Source: Thermodesulfobacteriota bacterium
GTDB lineage: Bacteria > Desulfobacterota > Desulfobulbia > Desulfobulbales > SURF-16
DNA: 64,000 nt
Reading direction: 5' to 3'
Assembly: GCA_040755455.1 (NCBI GenBank)
Contig: JBFMAY010000016.1
Location: 1-64,000 of the forward strand
Shown here: positions 18,903 to 28,251 of the stretch, one piece after another
How positions within the stretch are numbered: the stretch's first letter is position 1
How the letters are laid out: the number at the start of each line of letters is the position of its first letter
Notes under the pieces: model-generated
What the model saw: the letters and a program-made list of their open reading frames with translations, nothing else
Database searches by the model: none
Told to the model about the DNA's origin: nothing
Program-made: the position numbers and the translations under genes

Positions 18903-20504
18903 ATGAAAAGAAAACTCAGCAATTACATAGGCATTGCTTTTTTTATAAACATCTTTGCCATCATAAGTGTCGGTGGAATCTGCATTATGATGGTCAAGGA
19001 TATGGTTCGCAACAATATCTCCCACCTTGAAGAAGAAAGCAGAAATGTGGCCAGAATATACAAATTAAACGACAGGGTACAGCAGGCCATTTTTTCTGTG
19101 CATGGCTCAATCATTGACAACAACGGCTCCCCCTTGTCAAACACCATTAAGTCGATAGGTAAAATAAAAGAGGACCTTAAAACTTACGTAGAAACAGAGC
19201 AGGAGAAATACGACCCCTACTTTGAGGAAGAAAATATCCTTTTGGACAAAATTAAGGATAATCTCGTAGGAATACGACAGGTACTTGATGAAATCCTTCT
19301 GAACCTGTCAACGACAAAACTGCTGGATGAAATCAATTTTACAAAACTGGATGGCTACGGCTATACCATCCACCACCTGGCCCAAACGATCAACGATCTC
19401 CATTTCAAGACCGTATCCAACCTGGTCAAGGAGTCCTACAGCAAGATGTATTTCATCCTGCTGCTCTATCTGGTCTCCTCCGTCGTCGGCATTCTGGCCT
19501 CCTGCGTGGGGTATATCGTGCTGACCCGCCATACCATCAAACCAATCATCAACCTCGCCTCCGCCACGGAAAAGATATCCTCCGGGGATTTTAACATCCG
19601 GGTAAAAACCGTCTCGGAGACGGAAATCGGCACGCTCTACCAGTCTTTTAACGACATGACGGCAAGACTGCAGGAACACGAGAAAAAGCGGGAAGACTTC
19701 AACCGCACCCTGGAACGTCTGGTAAAGGAAAGGACCAGAGAGCTGCGGGAGTCCGAGGAATCCCTGCGCCGGACCCAGTCCGAACTGGTGCGCATGGAAA
19801 AGATCGCCACCCTGGGCCAGATCGCCACCTCGGTCAACCATGAAATCAAGACCCCGCTGAATGTGCTCTATATGAACCTGCAGCTGCTTATCCGTAAAAT
19901 CAATCAATGCGACATGGGTAAAAGCGAACTCAAGCAGGGCATGCTCGACCTGACCGAGATCATCAACGGCGAGATCATCAGGATCAATGAAATCATCGAG
20001 GAGTTTGTCAAATATGCCCGTTTCCCGGACCCGAATTTCAAACAGGGCAACATCAACCAAATCCTGGCGGATATTGCCGAGATGGTCGCCCAGAATGCCC
20101 AAGAATCGGATATCATCATCAATGTCGTGCAAGATGAAACCCTTGACCTCGTGCCGATTGACGAGAAAATGATGATCCAGGCCCTGCTCAACCTGTGCAT
20201 GAACGCCATTCAGGCCATGCCCTATGGCGGCCTACTGCGGCTGGAGAGCAAAAGGGACGGCGCCTGCGCCAAAATCCTGATTGAGGATACCGGGCAGGGA
20301 ATCGCTGATGAAGACCTGCAACACATCTTTGATCCATTTTTCACCAAAAAGGATGGCGGAATGGGACTGGGGCTCGCCATAGCCCAGAGGATCATCGAAA
20401 ATCATAGAGGCTCGATTTCCTGCCAAAGCGAGGTGGGGAAGGGTACCTCTTTTGAAATAGATCTGCCTGTTTCGCCCGACAGCATCTGCCAAGAGATCAT
20501 ATAG
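18903..20504 (+). CDS. HAMP sensor histidine kinase, copy 2
   Basis: Paralog of 7442-9040 with the same H, N and G boxes; periplasmic domain more diverged. Confidence 0.95.
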   Translation: MKRKLSNYIGIAFFINIFAIISVGGICIMMVKDMVRNNISHLEEESRNVARIYKLNDRVQQAIFSVHGSIIDNNGSPLSNTIKSIGKIKEDLKTYVETEQEKYDPYFEEENILLDKIKDNLVGIRQVLDEILLNLSTTKLLDEINFTKLDGYGYTIHHLAQTINDLHFKTVSNLVKESYSKMYFILLLYLVSSVVGILASCVGYIVLTRHTIKPIINLASATEKISSGDFNIRVKTVSETEIGTLYQSFNDMTARLQEHEKKREDFNRTLERLVKERTRELRESEESLRRTQSELVRMEKIATLGQIATSVNHEIKTPLNVLYMNLQLLIRKINQCDMGKSELKQGMLDLTEIINGEIIRINEIIEEFVKYARFPDPNFKQGNINQILADIAEMVAQNAQESDIIINVVQDETLDLVPIDEKMMIQALLNLCMNAIQAMPYGGLLRLESKRDGACAKILIEDTGQGIADEDLQHIFDPFFTKKDGGMGLGLAIAQRIIENHRGSISCQSEVGKGTSFEIDLPVSPDSICQEII

Positions 20505-20507
20505 CCC

Positions 20508-21848
20508 ATGATACGGACCTGCATACTCATCGTTGATGACGACAAAATGACCAGGCAGACCCTGTCCATTGCCTTGAAGGAACAGTATCAGACCATTACC
20601 GCCAAGGATGGCAAAACCGCCCTGGAGATACTCAATAACCAGGAAATCGATCTCGTGCTTTCCGATCTGTCCATGCCGGGCATGAACGGCATTGAACTGC
20701 TGGAGCTGATCAATCTTCTCCCCGAAAAGACCCCGGTGATCTTCATCACCGGCCAGGGAACCGTGGAAACGGCCGTGCAGGCCATGAAGAACGGCGCCTA
20801 TGATTATGTCACCAAACCGATCAACATCGACCGCCTCACGCTGCTGATCGAGAAAACCCTTGAGACCCAGAGACTCAAGGAAGAAAACATCCTGCTGAAA
20901 AAAAAGATCGAGGAGACCTACCCGGACCTGTCCATGATCGGCAACTCGCCGGCCATGCAGAGAATCAAGGATCTCGCCAGGCAGGTTGCCGCCACCACCG
21001 CCACCGTGCTCATCGAGGGGGAAAGCGGCACGGGTAAGGAACTGGTGACCAACATCATCCATTACAACAGCCCCGTGGCACATGGCCCTTTGATCAAGGT
21101 TAACTGCTCAGCCTTTGCCGAAGGGGTGCTGGAATCCGAACTGTTCGGCCACGAGAAAGGCGCCTTCACCGGCGCGGTGGTCACCAAAAAAGGCAGATTC
21201 GAGCTGGCCGACGGCGGCACCCTTTTTCTCGATGAAGTCGGCGAAATGCCGTCTTCCATCCAGGTCAAACTGCTGCGTTTTCTCCAGGAACAGACCTTTG
21301 AACGAGTGGGCGGCACCAAAACCCAGAAGGTCCGCGTGCGCATCATCTCAGCCACCAACCGCAACCTGACGGGAATGATCAGAGAGGGGACCTTCCGCGA
21401 AGATCTCTATTACCGCCTGCGGGTGGTGAAAATAGAGATGCCCGCCCTGCAGGAACGCAAGGAGGATATCCCGGAACTGGCGGCCAGCTTTCTGAAAAAA
21501 CTGGCAAATCGGCACGGCAAGCATATCTCCCGGGTATCCGACGAGGTGATGGAGCTGATCATGCAGTATAACTGGCCGGGCAATATCCGCGAACTGATGA
21601 ACTGCATTGAAAGCTCCGTGGTCATGGCCAAAACCGACGCCATCACCATCGACTGCATTCCCGAGTATCTTACCCTCAGCAGCAGCGACTCCTCAATGGA
21701 CGGCAAGGAAGGACTGCTGCAGCAAATGGAGCGGCAGACCATTACCGACGTCCTCAACAAGACCGGGGGCGACAAGGTAAAAGCCGCGAAAATTCTGGGG
21801 ATAGGGCTGCGCACCCTCTATCGGAAGATCGAGCAATGGGAGCTGTGA
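20508..21848 (+). CDS. Sigma54-dependent response regulator (NtrC family), copy 2, intact
   Basis: [25 protein letters not shown], Fis-type HTH (AAKILGIGLRTLYRKI). Confidence 0.95.
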   Translation: MIRTCILIVDDDKMTRQTLSIALKEQYQTITAKDGKTALEILNNQEIDLVLSDLSMPGMNGIELLELINLLPEKTPVIFITGQGTVETAVQAMKNGAYDYVTKPINIDRLTLLIEKTLETQRLKEENILLKKKIEETYPDLSMIGNSPAMQRIKDLARQVAATTATVLIEGESGTGKELVTNIIHYNSPVAHGPLIKVNCSAFAEGVLESELFGHEKGAFTGAVVTKKGRFELADGGTLFLDEVGEMPSSIQVKLLRFLQEQTFERVGGTKTQKVRVRIISATNRNLTGMIREGTFREDLYYRLRVVKIEMPALQERKEDIPELAASFLKKLANRHGKHISRVSDEVMELIMQYNWPGNIRELMNCIESSVVMAKTDAITIDCIPEYLTLSSSDSSMDGKEGLLQQMERQTITDVLNKTGGDKVKAAKILGIGLRTLYRKIEQWEL

Positions 21849-22540
21849 TCAGTCTGCGGAGGTGAGGGAGCAGGCCCTATCTGCATCTCCGGGGCGGGAG
21901 GAGCCGTCGGCGCTCTTATTCCTCTTCTTGGCGGTGCACTCGTAGATGATCTCCATTTCTTCCTGATAAGTGTCTCGTTGATCAGCAGCATATCCGCCCG
22001 ATAAACCAGAAAATCCTGCTCGGCAATCAGGATACGCCTCGCCTCCGCATAGCAGGATTCAACCAGACTCTTCACCTCCCGGTCAATGATCCGTCCGGTC
22101 TCTTCGCTGTATGCGTTCCTGGCCAGCTGCTCGCCCAGAAAGGCGCCATCATCCCTGACATAGGACATGGGACCGAGTTCGTCGGTCATGCCCCATTGGC
22201 ATACCATCTTGGAGGCCAGAACAACCGCCTGGCGGAAATCATCCTCAGCGCCGGTGGTCTGCTGGCTGAGACAGATCTCCTCGGAGGCCCGACCGCCCAT
22301 GAGTATGGTAATGCGGCTCAACAGGTATTCCTTGGTATAGGCATGGCGGTCGGTGAGCGGCAACTGCTGGGTGTGGCCCAGGGCCATGCCCCTGGGAATG
22401 ATGGTAATCTTGTGAATAGGGTCGGACTCGTCGTCGGGCAGAAATATGGCCAAAATGGCATGACCGGCCTCAAGGTAGGCCATGGTCTTGCGGTCCTTGT
22501 CGCTGATCACCAGCACTTTCCTTTCGACCGTCCCCATCGC
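21849..22540 (-). pseudogene. ftsH: ftsH remnant (peptidase M41 part only)
   Basis: TM and AAA domains absent; HEAGH changed to LEAGH; 1-nt deletion near 21967 relative to copy 1. Confidence 0.88.
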
Positions 22541-22673
22541 CACCGAGGCCGGTACTTTTAAAAATCATCACACAATCAAATAGTTACACAACAAAAACCT
22601 CTCTATTCGATCTGCTCGCGAATCACTGAACGTCCTTCTCCGCCATTGCCATCGCGGGTGATTTACACCCACT

Positions 22674-22707
22674 TGTCAAAATGGCAAAAAACAGTGCCAT
22701 TTTGACA
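22674..22707. promoter_or_regulatory. Palindromic enhancer (UAS) pair, copy 2
   Basis: TGTCAAAATGGCA-N8-TGCCATTTTGACA, with symmetric substitutions relative to copy 1. Confidence 0.75.
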
Positions 22708-22761
22708 AGCAAAACAGGGTGCTATAAAAATAACATATCGAAATCATTAGATTGATCATTC

Positions 22762-22777
22762 TGGCACGGATTTAGCA
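22762..22777 (+). promoter_or_regulatory. Sigma54 promoter, copy 2
   Basis: TGGCACGGATTTAGCA. Confidence 0.8.
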
Positions 22778-22849
22778 AAGAACACTAATTAAAATGATAC
22801 AAAGTGCCATCAAACGCAAGCACAACATGGAAATAATGGAGGAAAAAAG

Positions 22850-23083
22850 ATGAAAGGCATGATCCCCGAAGCAAAAGTTAACGTTAAGAAAAGAAGCATT
22901 CACTGGACCGCAGAAAACGCTCCCGCCAAAGTTGAGGTTTCCCGGGGTGCAATGTTTGCCTTAGGGGCTGTACCAACACTTATCGGCATCTGGGCGGCGG
23001 CCTGTTTCTTCGGCGGATTGATCGCAAGCGGCGGCCCCTTTGCCATGGCAAAAAGCTGGTTCTCAGCTTTAACAGGAATGTAA
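22850..23083 (+). CDS. Small Gly/Ala-rich membrane protein A
   Basis: GGAGG RBS; IGIWAAACFFGGLIASGGP...WFSALTGM. Confidence 0.85.
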   Translation: MKGMIPEAKVNVKKRSIHWTAENAPAKVEVSRGAMFALGAVPTLIGIWAAACFFGGLIASGGPFAMAKSWFSALTGM

Positions 23084-23135
23084 AGCATACTTCACGCAAT
23101 ATCTATGCATAGCGATCGCATAACGGAGGTGCAGC

Positions 23136-23357
23136 ATGAAAGAGACGACATTGAGCCAAAAGAAACAGAAGGTACGGGCCGGGGAACAGACCGGAGCAGG
23201 TCTTGATGCATTCGCCAAAAGCGGCATTTCCGTTATGGGTGCACTTTCCGCTCTCATCGCTCTCTGGGCGGTGGCCTGCTTCATCGGCGGGCTGGTCAGC
23301 GCCGGCGGACCTGTCGAACTTGCCTACGGCTGGTTCAAAGCTATCGCAGGATTGTAA
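23136..23357 (+). CDS. Small Gly/Ala-rich membrane protein B (paralog of A)
   Basis: GGAGG RBS; IALWAVACFIGGLVSAGGP...WFKAIAGL. Confidence 0.85.
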   Translation: MKETTLSQKKQKVRAGEQTGAGLDAFAKSGISVMGALSALIALWAVACFIGGLVSAGGPVELAYGWFKAIAGL

Positions 23358-23377
23358 AAACAAGAGCAACCTGAGGG

Positions 23378-23395
23378 AGGGGCCAACAGGCCCCT
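23378..23395 (+). terminator. Short GC hairpin after the small genes (terminator/attenuator or stabiliser)
   Basis: AGGGGCC-AACA-GGCCCCT; weak U tract. Confidence 0.4.
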
Positions 23396-23615
23396 TAAAA
23401 TAATAATCAACTCAAACGAGAGAGATAGGTATTTGACACGCTAGAAAGCACGGTGACAATGAGTTTCTTGCTCATCTAGCGGTTTGGCTCAACGGACTGT
23501 AGTCCACCGATCTTTTTTTAGAACAATGTGTGCAATGGACTCACCGTTGATGCGGAGCACAGCCCGAAAGGCTGCGCAATACCGCAGAAGAAAAATATAA
23601 CTGTGGATAAGAAAA

Positions 23616-25106
23616 GTGGATATAAAATTCTCTTCTCTTATCAAATCCGCAGTTAACTTCATATCGCGCAGCAAGCACTCCGTGTTGGGAGGCATTCTCA
23701 TCCTTGTCCTGACGCCAGGGCTGGTAGTTTGCCTTGTCCTTGATATCAGAGGCACCATTGACAATCCCTACTTCAGTTTTTTCATCTATCTCATCCTCGG
23801 CCCCCTGTTCGTCCTCGGCCTTATCCTACTCATCATAGGGGTATTCAGGTCTCGAGGCCGGGAAGACATCGGCCTTTTCACCTTTGAATACATCCAGGAA
23901 CAACTGAACAGGCCAGGCCGATACAGCCGTATTCGCCGCCATATGCTCGTCTCGCTGTGTTTCACCCTGACCACCCTCTTTTTAGTGGCCCTTGTTTCCT
24001 ACACGGGATTTCATTATACTGAATCAACCGCCTTCTGCAGCCAGTCCTGCCATCAGGTCATGGAACCGGCCTACGCCACCTATCAGCACTCCCCCCATTC
24101 ACAGATAACGTGTGTGGTATGCCATATCGGCAAGCAATCCAAATGGTTGACCAGGGCTAAATTCTCAGGAACCAAACAGCTTTTCGCCGTACTATTCGAC
24201 ACCTATCCCCGGCCGATCAAGCAGCCCGTCACCTCCCTGCGACCGTTAGCGGGAACCTGCGAGCAATGCCACCGGCCGGAACTGTTTCACGAAGACAAAC
24301 TCTCTATTAAAGACCATTTTCTGCCTGATGAACGCAATACCCACCTACAGACCGCTCTGCTCATGAAAATCGGCTCCGGAGGATACCTGGACAGAAAGCC
24401 TTACGGCATTCACTGGCACGTCGCCGAGGCCAATCCTGTTTTCTATAAGCATACTGACCGTTCCCGTGAGAATGTTGTCCAGGTATGGCAGCAGAATGGC
24501 GACCAGGAACTGCTTTTTTACAAAGCCCCCGGCAACGGAGAGCAAGATGCAAGCCAGCAGGGGATCGTGCGGACGATGGACTGCATGGACTGCCATAACC
24601 GGCCAACCCACGTCTTTCTCAGCGCCGATGAAGCTCTCGACGAAAAGCTGGTCACCGGCATCATCCCGCGCGAGATTCCCTTTATCAAGCGGCAGGCCCT
24701 TGAAGCGATAACAGCCAAATACGACTCGACAGAAGCGGCCATGTTGGGAATCACCAGAAAGCTCAAGAAATGGTATCAGGCCAACTATCCGGATTTTGAA
24801 GAGCAAAACAAACCATTACTGGATAAGGCCATTGCCGGCGCTCAGCAGGCCTACAGTGAAAATGTCTTCCCGGGAATGAAAATCGGTTGGGACACCTACA
24901 AGGATTTTATCGGCCATAAAAACGGTACAGGTTGTTTCCGTTGCCATGGCGGGAAGCATGCAGGCAAAAACGGGCAGACAATCAGCAATGACTGTGACAG
25001 CTGCCATATCATCCTGGCGGAAAACGAACCGCCTTCTGATATGTTGAGTCGCCTCCAGAAGATTGCGAAGACAACTGATAAGTTAAAATCATTATCACCT
25101 TATTAA
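23616..25106 (+). CDS. ImcH-like multiheme cytochrome c, subunit A, copy 2
   Basis: 3 TM; CSQSCH, CVVCH, CEQCH, CMDCH, CFRCH, CDSCH. Confidence 0.9.
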   Translation: MDIKFSSLIKSAVNFISRSKHSVLGGILILVLTPGLVVCLVLDIRGTIDNPYFSFFIYLILGPLFVLGLILLIIGVFRSRGREDIGLFTFEYIQEQLNRPGRYSRIRRHMLVSLCFTLTTLFLVALVSYTGFHYTESTAFCSQSCHQVMEPAYATYQHSPHSQITCVVCHIGKQSKWLTRAKFSGTKQLFAVLFDTYPRPIKQPVTSLRPLAGTCEQCHRPELFHEDKLSIKDHFLPDERNTHLQTALLMKIGSGGYLDRKPYGIHWHVAEANPVFYKHTDRSRENVVQVWQQNGDQELLFYKAPGNGEQDASQQGIVRTMDCMDCHNRPTHVFLSADEALDEKLVTGIIPREIPFIKRQALEAITAKYDSTEAAMLGITRKLKKWYQANYPDFEEQNKPLLDKAIAGAQQAYSENVFPGMKIGWDTYKDFIGHKNGTGCFRCHGGKHAGKNGQTISNDCDSCHIILAENEPPSDMLSRLQKIAKTTDKLKSLSPY

Positions 25107-25131
25107 TTTTCCCAGAAGGAGTTGTACAGAA

Positions 25132-26574
25132 ATGACAGAAAATGAGCCAAATGACAATGCAAAGAAAGACTCCCAGAACATTGAACATAAAAAACGAGCC
25201 ATAGACAGCCTGATCCAGGTCCTGTGGCGTTCGCCCCTTGGCGTTTTCGGAGTCGGCATCACCACCATCAGCATCACCCTGATGATGATTGGCATGCTCA
25301 TCGACATGTTCAATCTTATCAAAAGTCCCTATCCCAACCTGGTAACCTATGTCATGCTGCCCGCCCTCATGCTGTTCGGGCTGATACTGATCCCCATTGC
25401 CATTCATCTACAGCGCAGGAAAACACACAACCACCCCAATGAGCGCTACAATCTTCAGCTCAATCTGAGCAATCCCAAGCACCGGGTTGCCGTTATCGGT
25501 TTTATCGTGTTATCCGTAGTCAATGTCGCCATTCTGGCCATCATCAGTTACGAGGGATATCATTTCACCGACTCCAACTACTTCTGCGGCATGCTCTGCC
25601 ACCAGGTAATGGAACCGGAATACACCGCCTACGCAGACTCACCCCACTCCCGCGTCGGCTGTGTCGAATGCCATATCGGTCCAGGGGCCAGCTGGTATGC
25701 CAGGGCCAAAGTTTCCGGTATGCGTCAGGTAGCGGCGGTTTTCAAAGATTCTTACAGCCGGCCGATTCCAGCCCCTGTGCATAAACTGCGTCCGGCCAGA
25801 GACACCTGCGAACAATGCCATTGGCCGGAAAAATTTCACGGCAAAAAACTCAAACGCTATGTGTCATTTACCAATAACAAACAGAAAAATCCCGATATCA
25901 CGGAAATTGCCTTAAATATCGGGGGTAACAATCCCGAGACCAGCGCATTTGAAGGGATACACTGGCATGTGAGCAAGCAGGTTGAAGTAAGCTACCTGGC
26001 TGCGGACGAAAAACGGACCCAGATTGCCAAAGTCAGAGTCAAACGGCCGGATGGCACCTCCGACGAGTATGTCAAAGGCGACATCGAGGCACCGGAGAAC
26101 GCGGAACAGCAATGGAGAGTCATGGACTGTATTGATTGCCACAACCGGCCGACCCACATCTACGACATGCCGGAGGAAAGGGTTGATTTCGGCCTGATCA
26201 GCAAAACCATCAACCCGGAAATTCCCGGTATCCGGGAAGACAGCCTGCAGGTCATCAGCAAAGAGTATGCCTCCCGTGATGAGGCCAAGGAAGCCATCAT
26301 CAATGATCTGCTGTTCCTGCAGAAAAAGCGCTCCGCAGAAACTGCGGAAAAATACAAGGACGACATCATCAAGGCGGGCTCCTTTCTGTTGGAGTCCTAT
26401 CTTCGCAATGTCTGGCCGGAAATGAACGTGCAGTGGGGCACCTATCGGAATCACATGGGTCACAAGTGGGCCGATGACGGCTACGGTTGTTGGCGCTGCC
26501 ACGATGAAGAGCATCTGAACAGCTCGGGTGAGGCAATCTCCCAGGATTGCGGCATCTGCCACGATGAACCCTGA
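25132..26574 (+). CDS. ImcH-like multiheme cytochrome c, subunit B, copy 2
   Basis: 3 TM; CGMLCH, CVECH, CEQCH, CIDCH, CWRCH, CGICH. Confidence 0.9.
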   Translation: MTENEPNDNAKKDSQNIEHKKRAIDSLIQVLWRSPLGVFGVGITTISITLMMIGMLIDMFNLIKSPYPNLVTYVMLPALMLFGLILIPIAIHLQRRKTHNHPNERYNLQLNLSNPKHRVAVIGFIVLSVVNVAILAIISYEGYHFTDSNYFCGMLCHQVMEPEYTAYADSPHSRVGCVECHIGPGASWYARAKVSGMRQVAAVFKDSYSRPIPAPVHKLRPARDTCEQCHWPEKFHGKKLKRYVSFTNNKQKNPDITEIALNIGGNNPETSAFEGIHWHVSKQVEVSYLAADEKRTQIAKVRVKRPDGTSDEYVKGDIEAPENAEQQWRVMDCIDCHNRPTHIYDMPEERVDFGLISKTINPEIPGIREDSLQVISKEYASRDEAKEAIINDLLFLQKKRSAETAEKYKDDIIKAGSFLLESYLRNVWPEMNVQWGTYRNHMGHKWADDGYGCWRCHDEEHLNSSGEAISQDCGICHDEP

Positions 26575-26606
26575 TTCGATCCTGGCCAAGCTTTCCTCAT
26601 GCTGAT

Positions 26607-26637
26607 GCAAGCCGGAAGGGCAATCCTTCCGGCTTGC
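26607..26637 (+). terminator. 13-bp stem hairpin ending the cytochrome operon
   Basis: GCAAGCCGGAAGG-GCAAT-CCTTCCGGCTTGC; no clear U tract. Confidence 0.55.
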
Positions 26638-26776
26638 CTGTCATCTCTCCCCGCCTCCCGCCTCCCCCCATTCACCCTGCTGGTCCGGCGGAAAAATATT
26701 TGGATTTTGCTCCGGATATGTTACACAAGGACTGAGTATATGCAACCCGCCAACCTTAACCCATTTCTCCAAGAAA

Positions 26777-27919
26777 TTGACCACACACACCTCCGGCGAA
26801 ACCGGCCAAATGCCTTTGCGGCGCGCCTGGATTGAGCAGCTCTACCGGGAACATGAAAGGATCTGCTGGCAATACGGGGCCAGACTTTCCGTGCCCATTA
26901 TCGAGATCAACGATTCCTCCTCCAACTGGGGCAGCTGGCATCCGTCCGGCAAAACCATCAAAATTTCGGCCAGGCTCATCCTGCTCCACGCCTGGGATGT
27001 GGTGATCAACATCCTCAAGCATGAGATGGCCCACCAGGCGGTCAGCGAACTTTTCCGCAGCCATGATGCCCACGGCAGAACCTATGAAGAAGCCTGCGAC
27101 CTGCTCGGGGTGCCCCAGGAATTCCGGGAAGCGAGCGGAGACCTGCCGAGAATCATCCTTGATATCAGTGAACGGGCAGTCGGCAGCCCGCACCGCAACC
27201 TGCTCATGAAAATAGAAAAACTGCTGGCCCTGGCGCAGTCATGCAACGAGCATGAAGCGCTGCTGGCCATGGAAAAGGCGAACTTTCTCATCGCCAAATA
27301 TAACATCCAGAGAATCGAACAGGGCGGGCAGGAGCGCTATGAGTCCCACATAATCAATCACAAGAGCAAACGGATAGAAAATTATCAAAGAAAGATCTGC
27401 TCCATCCTGAGCAACCACTTCTTTGTCAAGATTATTCTTTCCGACCTTTTCGACGCAGAACAATGCTGCACCTATAAAACCATCGAGCTGCTGGGCACCA
27501 GCGAAAATGTGCTTATTGCCAATTACGTCTACTCCTTCCTGCTGGCCCAGATGAATTCCCTGTGGCAGCAATTTCAGCTCAGCCATCAAACAACAGGCAG
27601 GCAGAAACGATCGTACTGTCTCGGCGTGCTTGACGGATTCGCCAAAAAACTTGCCGGACAGAACCAGAAAGCATTTGACACAACAAGGCATCATGCCGCC
27701 CCTGCGCCTTTATCCGTTCTGGTATGCAACAAGGACCAGGGACTGAGCCGCTTCATGGAGCAACGCCATCCGCGTCTGTCACAGAAGAAATTCGCGGCCG
27801 CCAGGGTCTATCGCCAGGAATATGAGGCCGGCTGCAGCGATGGCAGAAATCTCACCCTCAACAAGGGCCTCACCAGTGACGACGGTTTTCAGGGCAGAAT
27901 GCTGCCCCGCCGCCCCTGA
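26777..27919 (+). CDS. SprT-like metallopeptidase fused to a DUF2786-like domain
   Basis: WGSW, ILKHEMAHQ...AHG (SprT-like HExxH); KIEKLLALAQSCNEHEALLAMEKA. Start may be the ATG at 26810. Confidence 0.8.
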   Translation: MTTHTSGETGQMPLRRAWIEQLYREHERICWQYGARLSVPIIEINDSSSNWGSWHPSGKTIKISARLILLHAWDVVINILKHEMAHQAVSELFRSHDAHGRTYEEACDLLGVPQEFREASGDLPRIILDISERAVGSPHRNLLMKIEKLLALAQSCNEHEALLAMEKANFLIAKYNIQRIEQGGQERYESHIINHKSKRIENYQRKICSILSNHFFVKIILSDLFDAEQCCTYKTIELLGTSENVLIANYVYSFLLAQMNSLWQQFQLSHQTTGRQKRSYCLGVLDGFAKKLAGQNQKAFDTTRHHAAPAPLSVLVCNKDQGLSRFMEQRHPRLSQKKFAAARVYRQEYEAGCSDGRNLTLNKGLTSDDGFQGRMLPRRP

Positions 27920-27930
27920 TTTTTTCCACC

Positions 27931-28251
27931 ATGGACAAAGAAAATATCTTCAAGAAAATCCCCGCCACCTTGCCCCATGAACTCGTTGAAACCATCCTTG
28001 CGAACGGCTCATTCAAGCTTGAACGCATCGTTTCCAGGGCGCATGCCACGCCGCCAGGAAAGTGGTATGACCAGGAAAAGAACGAATGGGTCTTGCTGCT
28101 CAGCGGGTCCGCCTGCCTGCGCATTGAAGGCAGCGATCACCTTACCGTGCTTGCACCGGGAGATTATCTTTTCCTGCCGGCCCATCTGAAACATCGGGTT
28201 GAATGGACAGCCCCGGACACGGATACCATCTGGCTGGCCTTGCATTATTAA
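27931..28251 (+). CDS. Cupin-domain protein
   Basis: ERIVS...WYDQEKNEWVLLLSG...PGDYLFLPAHLKHRVEWT. Confidence 0.88.
   Translation: MDKENIFKKIPATLPHELVETILANGSFKLERIVSRAHATPPGKWYDQEKNEWVLLLSGSACLRIEGSDHLTVLAPGDYLFLPAHLKHRVEWTAPDTDTIWLALHY

Larger units (their letters stand above)
18903..26574. repeat. Segmental duplicate, copy 2
   Basis: Colinear with 7442-16099. Confidence 0.95.

Noticed and set aside
21818..22543. Functional stand-alone M41 peptidase
   Set aside because: The first zinc ligand is lost (LEAGH), it is frameshifted near its end, and it has no convincing start.
22637..22646. TCTCCGCCAT matching the 3' end of tRNA-Ser as a possible att site
   Set aside because: Only 10 nt and no integrase in the window; compatible with chance.
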